A DNA stretch of 64,000 nucleotides. Source: Massalongia carnosa (lineage: Eukaryota). The position numbers and the translations under genes were made by a program. The stretch spans positions 558,001-622,000 of the forward strand of contig OZ287083.1 of NCBI GenBank assembly GCA_965645245.1, read 5' to 3'. Shown piece after piece: positions 49,031 through 62,156 of the stretch. The notes below the pieces were generated by a model. That model worked only from the letters and a program-made list of their open reading frames with translations, was not told the origin of the DNA and did no database searches. The number at the start of each line of letters is the position of its first letter. The stretch's first letter is position 1.

Positions 49031-50312
49031 TATCCAAAGCGAGAATACCCCACCAAAACACATCAAAATTCATCCCTATTCCTTATTTTTTCATCTATTC
49101 ATCACCTCCTACTCGTGGCACAATTCATTACGATATACCTATCAGAGCTAATATTTCAGGGCGTTTATCACTATTTACAAGTGAAAGCAACTCCGTTCGA
49201 TCCACGTGATATTTTCAGAGAATTTGGCGTTTCAGAGCGTCAAGGCTATGCAATTATTCAACCCGAAGCATCTGCACGAAGACGTCACAATATCGACGAT
49301 TTGAACGAGACACGAGGCCGCAAATGCAAGCTAACTAGCGAGCAAGTACGAGAATCAGATTAAATTTTGCAGAATGACGGACTACAACTGGAAGGAAAAC
49401 GTTATACTCTACATGGAGTCAGTTGGCCACTGAGGTGGGAGCCGAAATTTCTGGATGTCAATGCAACGCACGCTCTAAGCTGCTTTGAATTATGAGAAAT
49501 GTCTGGCCTGTGTCAAAGGATGGCTGTCAGACTCTTCCATGAACAGATGGGTGGAATACGCTTCCCTGATGTATAGTAGATATTCAAAGCCTGAAGACTG
49601 GCATCGCGTACGATTCAGTGACGAAGTGCACTTCGGATATGGTCCTGAGGGTCAATTACGAATCATTAGACAGCCCGGAACACGATATAGATGGGACTGC
49701 ATTCAACATCGCGATGCACCGCCTGAAAAAGATAGAAAACGCAAGCATGCATGGGCGGCGGTGGGCTTCAATTTCAAGTCAGACATCTACTTTTATGACG
49801 TACCGGGCAACAGCAATGGCAAGATGACGCATCAAGTTTATATAGATTCTATACTAGAGCCCGTTGTGAAGTCCTGGTTGAATCGTGGCGATGACTTCGT
49901 TTTAGAAGAAGACGTTGATTCAGGTCATGGCACGGGTAAGACGAGAAACGCGGTCAAAACGTGGAAACAGAAGCATCAATTGGAACACTATTTCAACTGC
50001 GCTTCATCGCCTGACTTATCTCCTATTGAGAACTGCTGGCTTCCCATAAAACAGCACGTACGGAACTACCCTCATTGGGATGATGCCTCATTGGAAGCGT
50101 TGATTCGTGAGGGATGGGCCAGTGTCAGTCAGGAATTTATCGATGAACGGGTGCTTGATATGCCTAGAAGGCTTCAGGAGGTAACAGATGCGGAGGGTGC
50201 GATGACTGGTAATTAGTTGCAAATTTCAGATAGATAATGCAATGATGTAGGTGAAAAAAAGGAGAATTAGGGGTGAATTTGGTGTTTTGTTGCGGTATTC
50301 TCGCTTGCACGT
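49031..50312 (+). mobile_element. Second Tc1/mariner-like element, degenerate transposase (DD38E spacing)
   Basis: Imperfect ~60-bp TIRs (AAGCGAGAATACC... from 49037; ...GGTATTCTCGCTT to 50306); ETRGRKCKL, VRFSDEVHFG, EED...SPDLSPIENCW; TAA at 49361 and frameshifts; ends approximate. Confidence 0.85.
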
Positions 50313-50600
50313 TGCGTTTTTTTTTATGACCGCGTGCCGTGTCATCCTCCGTACAGAGTATATATCACAAGTGATCATGAAGTGAAACGAATACTCTGTG
50401 GATCTTGTAAGTCTACCTGAATTAAGCGTTATATTCTACTCCGTACGGCAACTTATGTAACTAATCTTCTGTCGCATCGTCAAAAACATAAAATACTTAA
50501 AGTACGTAACACAAAGATAGAATACTACATAATGCTGTGATTTGTTCCCTACATCAAGAAGGCAGCAACGCAAAACGTCCCATCACATTCCACTGTGTGA

Positions 50601-52200
<1,600 letters not shown>

Positions 52201-52955
52201 GTGATGGCGGGAGTTTTCCTTTCCGAGCTTTTCCCTTTCTGGCTCAAGGGAGGAGGGGAGGGGAGCGAAAAGCGGAAGAACCGGAGAAGTTGTAGGATAA
52301 ATACCGTTCGATGCGCTTTTTTGCCGGTTTGTCTATCCTTGCTTCTGGGATTAGATATTTAGCTAGATACCCTTCCATCCATCCATCCATATATCAGAAG
52401 CTCAACCCTTTTGCGGCAAGCAGGCAGGCAGATCAATACAAGTCCCCCATCCCCCCTTAAACGCATCCATCACCACACCCCTATCTTCCTCTCGCTTCTC
52501 AACGTTCATCCATCATCATCATCCGTCCGTTTCCGTGAGGAGAGTAGCCGTCATCCGCTATGCCGCTATACCGCTATGTATGTATGCATGCGAGCAAGCG
52601 AATAGAGAGAGAGAGAGAAAGAGAACGCTAGTTACGTCAGGCTAGTTCTAGGAGGAGGTGTCGGTAAATCTGTAGATTAGTAGATGGATAAATGGATGAA
52701 CGCTGCGTTTCGTGAGTAGGGCTTTTTTGGGGGGAGGGGGGTTGTGTATGTGTGTGTGTATGTGTTCGTAAAGGGGGTTGGGGAGGAGAAAAGAAAGGCA
52801 TGGTTTGTTCAGTGAAAAGGAAGGGCCCAAAACCCATGCTGGAAGCTAGGCAATGAGCAAGAAAGGGGGAAATTTCCCCCCAGGTACCCAACACCCTTCT
52901 ATCTGCTCATTCAGTGACTATCTCAACGGTACCCCATCCGCTGCCTGCGCTATAA

Positions 52956-53807
52956 TCAAGCCTTTTTTTGCCCACCGGGACTCACCTTACCTCTCCCCTC
53001 CCTTTCCCTGTCCCCCAACCCCTCCACAATCCCCTCCCTCCTCCCCAGCTCCTGCCGCAAAACAGCCACCACCCACTCCAAGCCCTCCCCCAAGCCCATC
53101 TCTAGCCCCCCCACCCTCACCCCCTCCCTCGCGCACACCTCCCCGTCCACCGCGCCCTCGACATCCCCGCCCACAAAGTACCTTCCATGGCCCTCGACCC
53201 AACCCGGCCACACCACGTGGTCGAAATAACCCGGGGGGTCGGCCCAGAACCCATCCAGGGTGACGAAGTCCCCGCGGGCGTCCCGCCGCGCACGGGCCGC
53301 GGCCTGCGTCGCCCGCAGGAGGATCTTAACGGCGAACAGGCTCGGCAGCGGCGCCAGCGACGGCGGGAAGAGCAGGAAGCCGTCGACGATGAGCAGGTGG
53401 GGCGGGACGGGGAGGCGGGTGAGGAAGGCGGGGGTGGAGACGCGCAGGCGGGCGACGGCGGCGGCGAGCTCGGGATCGGAGGGCGCGTTGTCCGGGGGCG
53501 GGATGCCTTGGGGCGGGCGGGCGTGGAGGGCGATGGCGGCGTCGCTGTCGTCGCGGTGCCAGGCGGTCAGGCAGGCGCAGAGGGCGGGGAGGTCGAGGGC
53601 GGCGGCGCAGTCCCAGTCGCGGTGGCCGGCGCGGAGGGGGAGTTGGGATTCGGGCTTGTAGAAGTCGTCGACGTGGATGAGGGTGCTGGTGGGGAAGAGG
53701 GCGAGGAGATGCGTGGCTATGGTGGTTTTGCCGCTGGCGGAGAGGCCGCTGAGACCGACGATTAGGCGGCTTGGGGAGGGATGGGGGGTTGGGTAAAGGG
53801 GTGTCAT
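52956..53807 (-). CDS. NRK1: Nicotinamide riboside kinase-like P-loop kinase
   Basis: IVGLSGLSASGKTT, HVDDFYK, DWDCAAALD, IVDGFLLF, FVTLDGFWADPPGYFDHVVWPGW. Confidence 0.88.
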   Translation of the reverse strand: MTPLYPTPHPSPSRLIVGLSGLSASGKTTIATHLLALFPTSTLIHVDDFYKPESQLPLRAGHRDWDCAAALDLPALCACLTAWHRDDSDAAIALHARPPQGIPPPDNAPSDPELAAAVARLRVSTPAFLTRLPVPPHLLIVDGFLLFPPSLAPLPSLFAVKILLRATQAAARARRDARGDFVTLDGFWADPPGYFDHVVWPGWVEGHGRYFVGGDVEGAVDGEVCAREGVRVGGLEMGLGEGLEWVVAVLRQELGRREGIVEGLGDREREGRGKVSPGGQKKA

Positions 53808-54488
53808 GGAGGGGATGGTGGGGATAAAGGAGGGAGGTTGGGTCGTCAGGTGATAGAGGAGGGGAGTTGGAGATAACTGCGGACCCAATTTGTCATCTCG
53901 TCTTACGTCAAGATTACAAGCATTCAACTTTCGGTTGCATGCATATTCATTATTTTGCTCGTCGGCCTCATGTGCAGGCTTCCATTCAAAAGATTCCTCT
54001 CACCAGGCAAACGGAGCCAAGTATCAACTTCTTCAGCTCATGGAGCGCAGGTTACCAAAACGGCGGTCCCCCCATTCACCACTTCGGGAATCCCACCCAA
54101 AGCCCTCGGTTTGATCAATTGCTACACTACCCTGGTTCTTTCGACGCCTTCAAGCTTACTATATGTACAATCTAAGGTCCATGGGAGCTACGTCCCCAAA
54201 GCTGCCACGGAAAAGAGGAACGAAGGGAATGTTTTAAACCCCCAGAATTCGTCATTCTAATGCTCGGTTTGAGGGTTGAAAGCATTGTCCGAAAAGGAGG
54301 GGAAAAAGAGAAAGGAAAAACCGCTAAAAGCATCATTCTCTCAAAACTTTGCGACCAAACAAGCCGACATTCTAGAGGAAAGATAGTTTACACGGAGAAA
54401 AGCTGTGATAGACTGAGGCTGAATCCCGACGGGAGAGCGTAAAGAGACGTTTCCGTGTATAGGAAGAGGCCGGTGGCCAAAGAAGAAC

Positions 54489-57400
54489 TCATTCCTCCTC
54501 GCTCTCCTCGCTATCCTCATCATCACCACTCGTATCGTTTGCTTGCGTTGCGGAATTGTCTACAGGAAAGGTAAGCTTTGTCAACCAAGTGACTCAGCTA
54601 CAGCTTACTATGATCAGGAGCCTCGTCGGAGCCCGGGTTCTGGAAGGCTGAAAGATTTCCACGCATAAGCTCGATTCGCGCTTCTTGCTCGGTTTTGCTC
54701 ATGGGCTTGTTCTTCTTCCGCGGTTGAGCGACGGTTTGTGCTGCTGGAGCGGCTCGACTGGCGGTTGGTTTCTCCTGTTGAGGTGCATGTTTCCGTACAA
54801 AAACTAAAAGCTTATGAAGTACTTCATCCGAGAGCTCGTCGATGTCGAGTTCGATTTCATCATCTTGTACGCCCTATCGGTGTTCAACATCAGCATTAGT
54901 ACCAACCATCTCAGTCATGTGGTGAACGTTGTGGATAAGTCAATGGTTGGAAGGACTTTATCCCTACCTTTAGTGAAGGCATATTGTCACGAATAATCTT
55001 AAGCGCTGTGGCCATCCTATTCTCTGACAAGCTATTGATCCGGTTCGAAATGTCTTGCTTCTGCTCATATGTAACGTAGGGGGTCTTCTCCTTCTTCGCT
55101 GGTCTCGAGGCCTTCTTTTCTACCTTGGCTGGTGCAGTTGAGGCTTTCTTGCCGTCTTTCTTGTTGTTCAGCTTTGCTCCCTTGCCTTTCTTGCTAGGCA
55201 CCGGTGGTGTTTTCTTTTTCTGAGTGATCAACTCAACCTGCCTCGACATCGCTGCTATCTGCTGTTGCAACTTTGATAATTGACTCTGCTCTTCTTCTTC
55301 CTCTTCCTCTTCTTCCTCCTCCTCCTCCTCCTCCTCATCCGAATCAGGAGAACTGCCAGGTGATTGATGGCCAGATCCAGGAGTATTAGCATCAATCCAT
55401 TTTGTCTTCTCCCGCCACTTTTCGTCAAATATCGCTTCTAGCTGTTTCCCCATAGCATGTACCGGGTCCGCAGGAGGATTAAACTTGTAGCAGTTCTGAA
55501 ATATCAACCGCACATCCACTTCGAACTCATGCGCATTTTCATACTGACCATGACTTAGCTTCGAACCCACGGTGCCAAGGTCCATTGGATGCTTGATGAC
55601 TTTGTGGTAGTGGGGTATATTAAGAGCAACTGGGTCCACGGGCACGCTAAACGGGTACGCGACGCCTTGGTATTTGGGTTTTGATAGTTCATTCATAACG
55701 TATTGACAGAATTTTAATTCCCACTGATACTTCTTTTTTCTTGGCTTCTGGTTGGCATAGGGTAGGTCGCGTGGTGCAGGAGGATGTATCTCTCTCTTGG
55801 GCCGCCCATCACCCACCGTGGAGTCACGACGTATCAAGGGTACACCTTGTGGGCCTAAGGCGAAAGTCGTCGGAGACGCGGCGGTGATGGGTGAACGCGC
55901 AGAGCCTGGAAGAGACGATCTCGACTCCCGCCGAGAACCGGCCGCTTTGGTAGCCGTAGGAGTGGGAGCCTTCCTTTTTTTTTCGATAGGTGCAGGTTCA
56001 GCAATCTCGGGGCCTGGTAGGTTGGCCATTTGCTTGTCAAAAGACGCTTTAATGTTTTGAGCATTCTTTGTGACTACATGATCTCGACCGTTAAAGGTGA
56101 TACAGTTCTCGACTATCTGATTGAAATCCTCAACGTAAGCAGCTATCGAGGAATATGAGTTGTTCTTAAGTTTCTCCTCTATGGTCCTGAGATCCATGGG
56201 CTTGGTAATTATAGTAGGGTAGTTGGGGATGTTTAAGGCGACAATATCAACGGGCTTGCTAAAAGGTAAAGCATCGTTCGTGCGCTTGATATTCTGGATG
56301 ACTTTAAGAGCGAACTTATGTTGAGGTTTGGTAATGGGTTGTTCGGATTCTGCTTTCGAGCCCCTTGTTTCTGCACCACCAACGTTAGTGTTTATTTCGG
56401 GCAAGTCAGGCACCTTAAATTCTGGCGCAGGAGAAGTATCGTCATCTGTCTTGGGACGTTTCGTGGCAGGTCCATAATCCATGTCATCCTCATCGCGTTC
56501 TCGCGCCACCTTGGCTTGACTCGAAGGCACGTCTTGCATCTCGTGATCCCCACAATGACCCTGGTTATTCGCCACAGGTAAAGGCGCGTTCGCTAAGGCT
56601 GATGGGGGCGCTGAATCGTTGGCTTGCTGTGGTTCCGGACTTTTCAGAACGGGTGATGGGGATGGCGCAGGGGCTATAGGCAGCTCAATTTCCGTATTCT
56701 CGGGAATCGGTACTGGTGGATGATGAGGTAGTTCTGCGGTCGCGATCATAATTGTATCGTTTGATTGCTCGGCGCCATCCATGTTGTCGTGGGTCGGTGA
56801 GGTAGATGTAATAACAGGTGTTGTCACGGCAAGCTTGGTAGCTTCATCTGCAGCGGCTATAGGCGCCAAGTGCTGCGGCACTGCCAGTGGATCGGTGACT
56901 GAGTTAGGTCCTCTTGCATCCAGGCCGTTGACTCGTTCAGGATCTGTTTGCAGGCCCTTTTGTTGCTTCTGATCCATGATTTCTGCCATATGTTGTGGAC
57001 TCACTGGTTGAATTTCTTCGTGCGAATCCGACCCTGATGGTTGCACGATAGAGGATGCTGAGTCCATAACATTGTTGTCGGTCAACACTGGAAATGGGCC
57101 ATGGCTAATTCCGTCACGTGCGTCGAGTCCCGCTGGCCCGTTTGGCGGAGGAAGCGCGTCAACATCACCAGAAATGATAAAAGAACTTGATTGAAGCTCC
57201 ATCGAACTTCGCGACTCTATATGATCCAAGGATAACTTTACATCATTTAAAACCACCGACTCGACATTTTCCGTCGATGGAGCTTGGATCGAATTAAGCA
57301 TAGTCGAAGCAGGACCATGGGGTGAAGATTTGACAGTATGGCCATTCTGCAAAGGGCCCCTGCCGTTTCAAACAATAAATACGTGATCGGAAGGTGAGAA

Positions 57401-57528
57401 TCATAATCAGAAGTGAAAGGTCTATGTGCTTACCCGTTCGCGTCCGTGTCTAGATCCATTTGATCAGACGGCGGAGTGGGAGGCGCCCTCGCCTCGATAG
57501 ATCCAATATCTAACTCAGGTACAGCCAT
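54489..57528 (-). CDS. BDF1: BET double-bromodomain + ET protein
   Basis: BD1 PFSKPVD...YPTIITKPMDL...N; BD2 YPFSVPVDP...KHPMDL...NCYKFN; ET domain VTYEQKQDISNRI...EIELDIDEL; three introns. Confidence 0.95.
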
Positions 57529-59087
57529 CCGCAAAAGGAATCACGATTGGGATGGAGCGGTTTGCGCAACAAACAGGGAATAGCTTTACTCGATTCGCTT
57601 TGACGTCGCGGTAGTGGTAGACCTGAGAGATATATGGGCTAAGATAAAATGCGCGATAAAGGAAATGATGAATATAGCTCGACGTGATAAGAGTTTTGAT
57701 GTGGTGCGGCGGATCTGAATGTCGAGGAAATGAGTTGAAATTTCTTTCTAGCTAAGACTCATTCAATGTAACACTCCGAATGAATGATAAATCACTTCTT
57801 TTATGGATGACTCAGGAAGAGAATCATGCGCAAGCGTAGCTTTGTTGAGATCATGTGGATGAATTAGTAAAGCGTAACGATAGAAATGAAAGTCGTAGAA
57901 TCGTAAATGTGGGAATAGCTTCAACGATGACCAAGGCGACAGCGAGGATACGGGCAGGTCAGACTAGCTAAAGCGACCACGTGATAGGAGAGAGTTTAGG
58001 CGAGTAAGAAGAGATAACGTAGTTTCGGATTATTGTGTGGGTGCGATTTTGTGCGTGCTTATTGGGGCCCGATGGCGATTGGATGGAGAGGAATTGGGAA
58101 GTTGATCGGAAGGTCACGAGAATGTGGGGGGGGGGAGCAGGTGACTTTTGTTTTATCCTCCTGCAAGAACGCTTTAGAGGTATTAGGTATGGGTGTGGGA
58201 GTGGGCGCAGGTGTGGGTCGAGGACGGAGATGATGTATAGTGGTAAAAGTGGTTAAAAAGGGTAAAATGGCATATTCCGCTCAGTTGAGGAATTTTATCA
58301 TCGAGGACCCGGAGACGGGCAAGGGCCGAGGTAATATAAAGTCTCAAGAGTCAAGACACGTCGGAAAAGTTGGAACGAAAGGCAGCAAGTCTTTAAATGG
58401 CCCAGCACAGTCTGTTAGCTTGCGGTGGCATTTGCCGGAAATGCAAGGATTACGGCAACACGACACGCTGATTGGCTGATTGGCGTGAGGGATACATGCT
58501 TTGCATGAGGGTAATCTGCATGCAGCTAGTCCGTGTTTACAATATGCCCCTATCTCCACGCGTAACCCCCCCCCACACAAGGCCCTTACATCAAGGCCAA
58601 AGCAGAGCTTCCTGGCAGGAGCCTTTAATCCACAAAGGACGCCCGTCCTTGACCGCGACGTCTGGTCCCATCGACAAGCAGGCTGTGTTGATCTCGGGGA
58701 CTGTTGGTAGGAGCCTTGTGGTACATGGTACCGAGTAAAGTCAAGAATTTCCATTAGCCCGGAGAAACCCCGCAATGACTCAATCTTGTGCTGGTCAACG
58801 CACGGTTTGCCACTTGTGAGTGAAATAAACCAAAGATTCACACATTACGAGGATGACGGAAATACGACAAGTGAACTTGGGAGTGAAATTTATTTCTCCA
58901 GCTTCGTTGCTTCCGAAGATGATGAAAGGTAGCCTTCTCCAGAGGGATCAAGACACGTGCGAATGGAAAATGACACCATGCAAAAGTGAAATGAATTCGG
59001 ACAGGGCTTCGGTAATTTAGGAAAGTCAAACGACAAAATCAAACCGACCTAGGCGGCAGCCCATGCTCAGTCAAGTTCAGAATTTCA

Positions 59088-59136
59088 ATGATGATGATGA
59101 TGATGGTGGTGATGGTGATGGTGATGGTGATGGTGA
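59088..59136. repeat. (GAT)n/(GATGGT)n microsatellite
   Basis: atgatgatgatgatgatggtggtgatggtgatggtgatggtgatggtga. Confidence 0.9.
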
Positions 59137-59477
59137 TATGACGTTGCTAGAGAAAAAGGAAGGATGAAAGCTCAGAGCTGCACTGATGAGAAGAGGAAAC
59201 ATGAAGCAAACGTTTCGGTCTTTGGGCAGAAAGGATGCAAAAGGGGATCGGCTGACTTGATTCCGTGATTTTCCAGGGTACGAATTGCACCAGACCCATT
59301 AAGATCTTAGCGCGAGTTACTAATCAAATTACAGAAAAAAAATGTTCGGCAAAGCTGTGTGCGACGCACAACGTGAAAGAGAGCAGTTATATCTAGTTGA
59401 GCTCGGTCAGCCTTCCGGACAAGGTCACGGCACTTTCGTCCGCATATTTCAAGACTTAGGATTTCACTCTCGGCACG

Positions 59478-62156
59478 ATGGTGAGTAAGAAGCAGTCACG
59501 GGGCGCCTCGTCCAAAATCTCGTCATCAGCAGCGCCGGCAGCGTCATCCATGACTCAAACAGCTAACAAATCTTCAATACTCCGATCGCTATTTTCACCG
59601 TCCCAATATCAACTCTCTCTATTTGCCTCGGTGATCCAAGGCCTCGATTCTCAGCATTTGCGAATTCATGATACCACCACAGGCCGGATGCGCTGCGAGC
59701 ACGCGATCAGCTCGAAAGCAATGATAAATTGCCTTGATTGGGGGTATTACGGCAAGACTTCGCATGATCAGCGCTATCAAGAATCAAACAAGAAACGGAA
59801 GAGAGAAAATCGGGTAAATGGCTCTGCAGCGGACGCGATTGGTACCGGTGTCGTTCTTGCTTTTGGTACAAGCGACGCGAAGATCAATTTTTATTCGGCT
59901 GCCCAGGCGAAGATTGTGGGAGTTCTGAGCGGCGTACACACTCAAGGGATTCAGGATTTCAAGTTTACAGATGGAGGGAAATCTTCACAAGCTTGGAGCT
60001 TAGGAGGAGACGGAAAACTTATACAATGGGATCTCCTGAAAGGCACGAGCTTAAGGTGAAGAAGCATGGCTACTCTGCTTCTGTTACCTTGGCTTACAAC
60101 TTACAGGTCTCTAGCAATACCTATTCCGAATGCAACTACCCTTTGCCCCTTTAATTCAGCTGTGATCTGCGCTTCTCACACTGCCTGTCTCCTGGATCTA
60201 GATTTGGGGAAACCAACTTTCTTCAAGGCTGCTACTAATCCTATCCACAGCATCAGATGCTCTTCATCCGATTCCTCATACGATCTTGCATTCCTGACTG
60301 CAGCTGAGTCCGATCACTTCATTACCGTTTTCAATACGGTTTCTGTCGAATCCATAGGAACACTTCGCGCAGAAAACGAACTGATTTCCCTTGAGCTTTA
60401 CACTAGGGATAGAGATCATGGAAGACTTCAAGAAAATATGGTCAATCAAGAACTTCCAGAACAGGTACTGTTAGCTGTAAACAAAGACGGGGTTCTCGAA
60501 ATATTTCCCTCTCCATTCACTTTCGCCAGCTCTTCGTCAAACAAAGAATCAGAGAGTCTAAAGACTAGGATGAGGCTAAGAACACGGAAAGCCGCCGCCC
60601 TGGTGAAAATCATTAAAGAGGACAAGATGCAGACATCGATTCCCGTGTTCGACGCATCTTTCCAGGGGAACGATATCGTCATGGCCTGGACGGAAGGTGG
60701 AGTCAACCTTGTGTTTGATAAATTTCCCTGGCGGGAAGAGGGGAGCGGGAAACTGCTGGTGGATGGCATAACGGAGATTATCAAGGGAAGGGGCGGAGCA
60801 GGAATTAGAGCTGCTGTCATGAACGGAGTCAAAGACATGGGCAGGAACCATGTCGATGAGTCACGGACTGTCGTGTCCAATGGTGCCGACCCGAATGGCG
60901 AGGAAACGAGGGGGGCTTTGCCAGAGATCATCGATATCTCAAGCGGAGAGGAAGATAGTGAGGAGGAAGAAGAAGAAGAAGAAGAAGAAGAAGAAGGAAA
61001 AGATAACGTCGGCGAACAAATTGAGGAAGGTTCGATATCGAGCGATGACGACGTTTCAATGCAGGACCCGGAGAATGAGGACGGTGGGAACAGCAAGAGA
61101 TTAGTAGAGCCACAGCCAGCACAAATAGAGGATGCAGATGCGGAGAGGCCAGAAGAACTTGAAGGAACCAAAGATTATGAGGAGCCTTCATTTGGCGAAC
61201 TACTCCGGGCTAATGCCCCTGAGCCAGTTAACGTCCAGGCTGCATTTACAGTTCCGCATGAGCAAGCCTTAGCACCGGTAGGGGAACGAGGACTAAACTT
61301 ACCATCAGGCATGTCGCTCAGCGCTGTTCTCACACAGTCACTCCGCACAAACGATGTGAACCTTCTCGAAACGTGCTTTCACGTGAAAGATCTCGCTATC
61401 GTGCGCGCCACCATTGAGCGAATCGATTCATCCCTTGCCACAGTCTTGCTACAACGACTAGCGGAGCGGTTGCATAGTCGTCCAGGGCGGGCTGGAAGTC
61501 TCATGGTCTGGATTCAATGGACGTTGGTTGCCCACGGAGGATATCTCGCCAGCCAACCTGAGCTGATGAAGAAACTTGCATCCCTTTACCGTGTTGTCAA
61601 GGATCGATCGAATAGTCTTCAGTCTTTACTATCGTTGAAGGGGAAGCTAGACATGCTAGAGGCGCAGATGAACCTACGAAAGAGCATGCAAGCTCGATCC
61701 AGAGCCTTCAACGCTTTAGATGATGACGATGAAGAGGGGGTGATTTATGTCGAGGGCCAAGAAGAATCGGATGGTCAGAGCGATGTTGCAAGTCACGTTG
61801 ATATGGATGATCAGGTGAAGCCTGAAAAGAATCTACAAGGCGATGACACTACCTCTCAAAGCGGGAGCGATGAAGAGAATGATGATCACGACGAGGATGA
61901 TGGGATGCTCCCCGCTATCAACGGCATAGGCCCTGAGGACTCTTCAGAAGTCGCTGATAGCGATGACGATGGTCTCATCGATGACGAAGCTTCCTCTACA
62001 GATTGCGATTCAAGTATCGAAGCATCCCCGGATGAAGTAGACCACGAATCGATCGATTCTTCCGACTCCGCCGCGTCTTCTGAAATTGAGGCCCCTCCCA
62101 GAAAACGACTTTCAAAGGTTAAACCTAGAAATGGCCTTCGTACACGTAGCGGCTAA
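59478..62156 (+). CDS. UTP5: U3 snoRNP/SSU processome subunit Utp5 (WD40 + Utp12 domain)
   Basis: FASVIQGLDSQHLRIHDT; SLSAVLTQSLRTNDVNLLETCF...RPGRAGSLMVWIQWTLVAHGGYL...LKGKLDML; acidic tail; intron ~60056-60107. Confidence 0.92.

Noticed and set aside
52853..53765. Long plus-strand ORFs opposite NRK1
   Set aside because: Expected from extreme GC content; antisense to a recognisable gene
57600..59400. ORFs in the BDF1/UTP5 divergent interval
   Set aside because: Promoter/5' UTR-like sequence; no motifs recognised
60446..61191. 241-aa Ser-rich minus-strand ORF and poly-Lys ORF
   Set aside because: Alternate-frame products of the UTP5 GAA acidic tract
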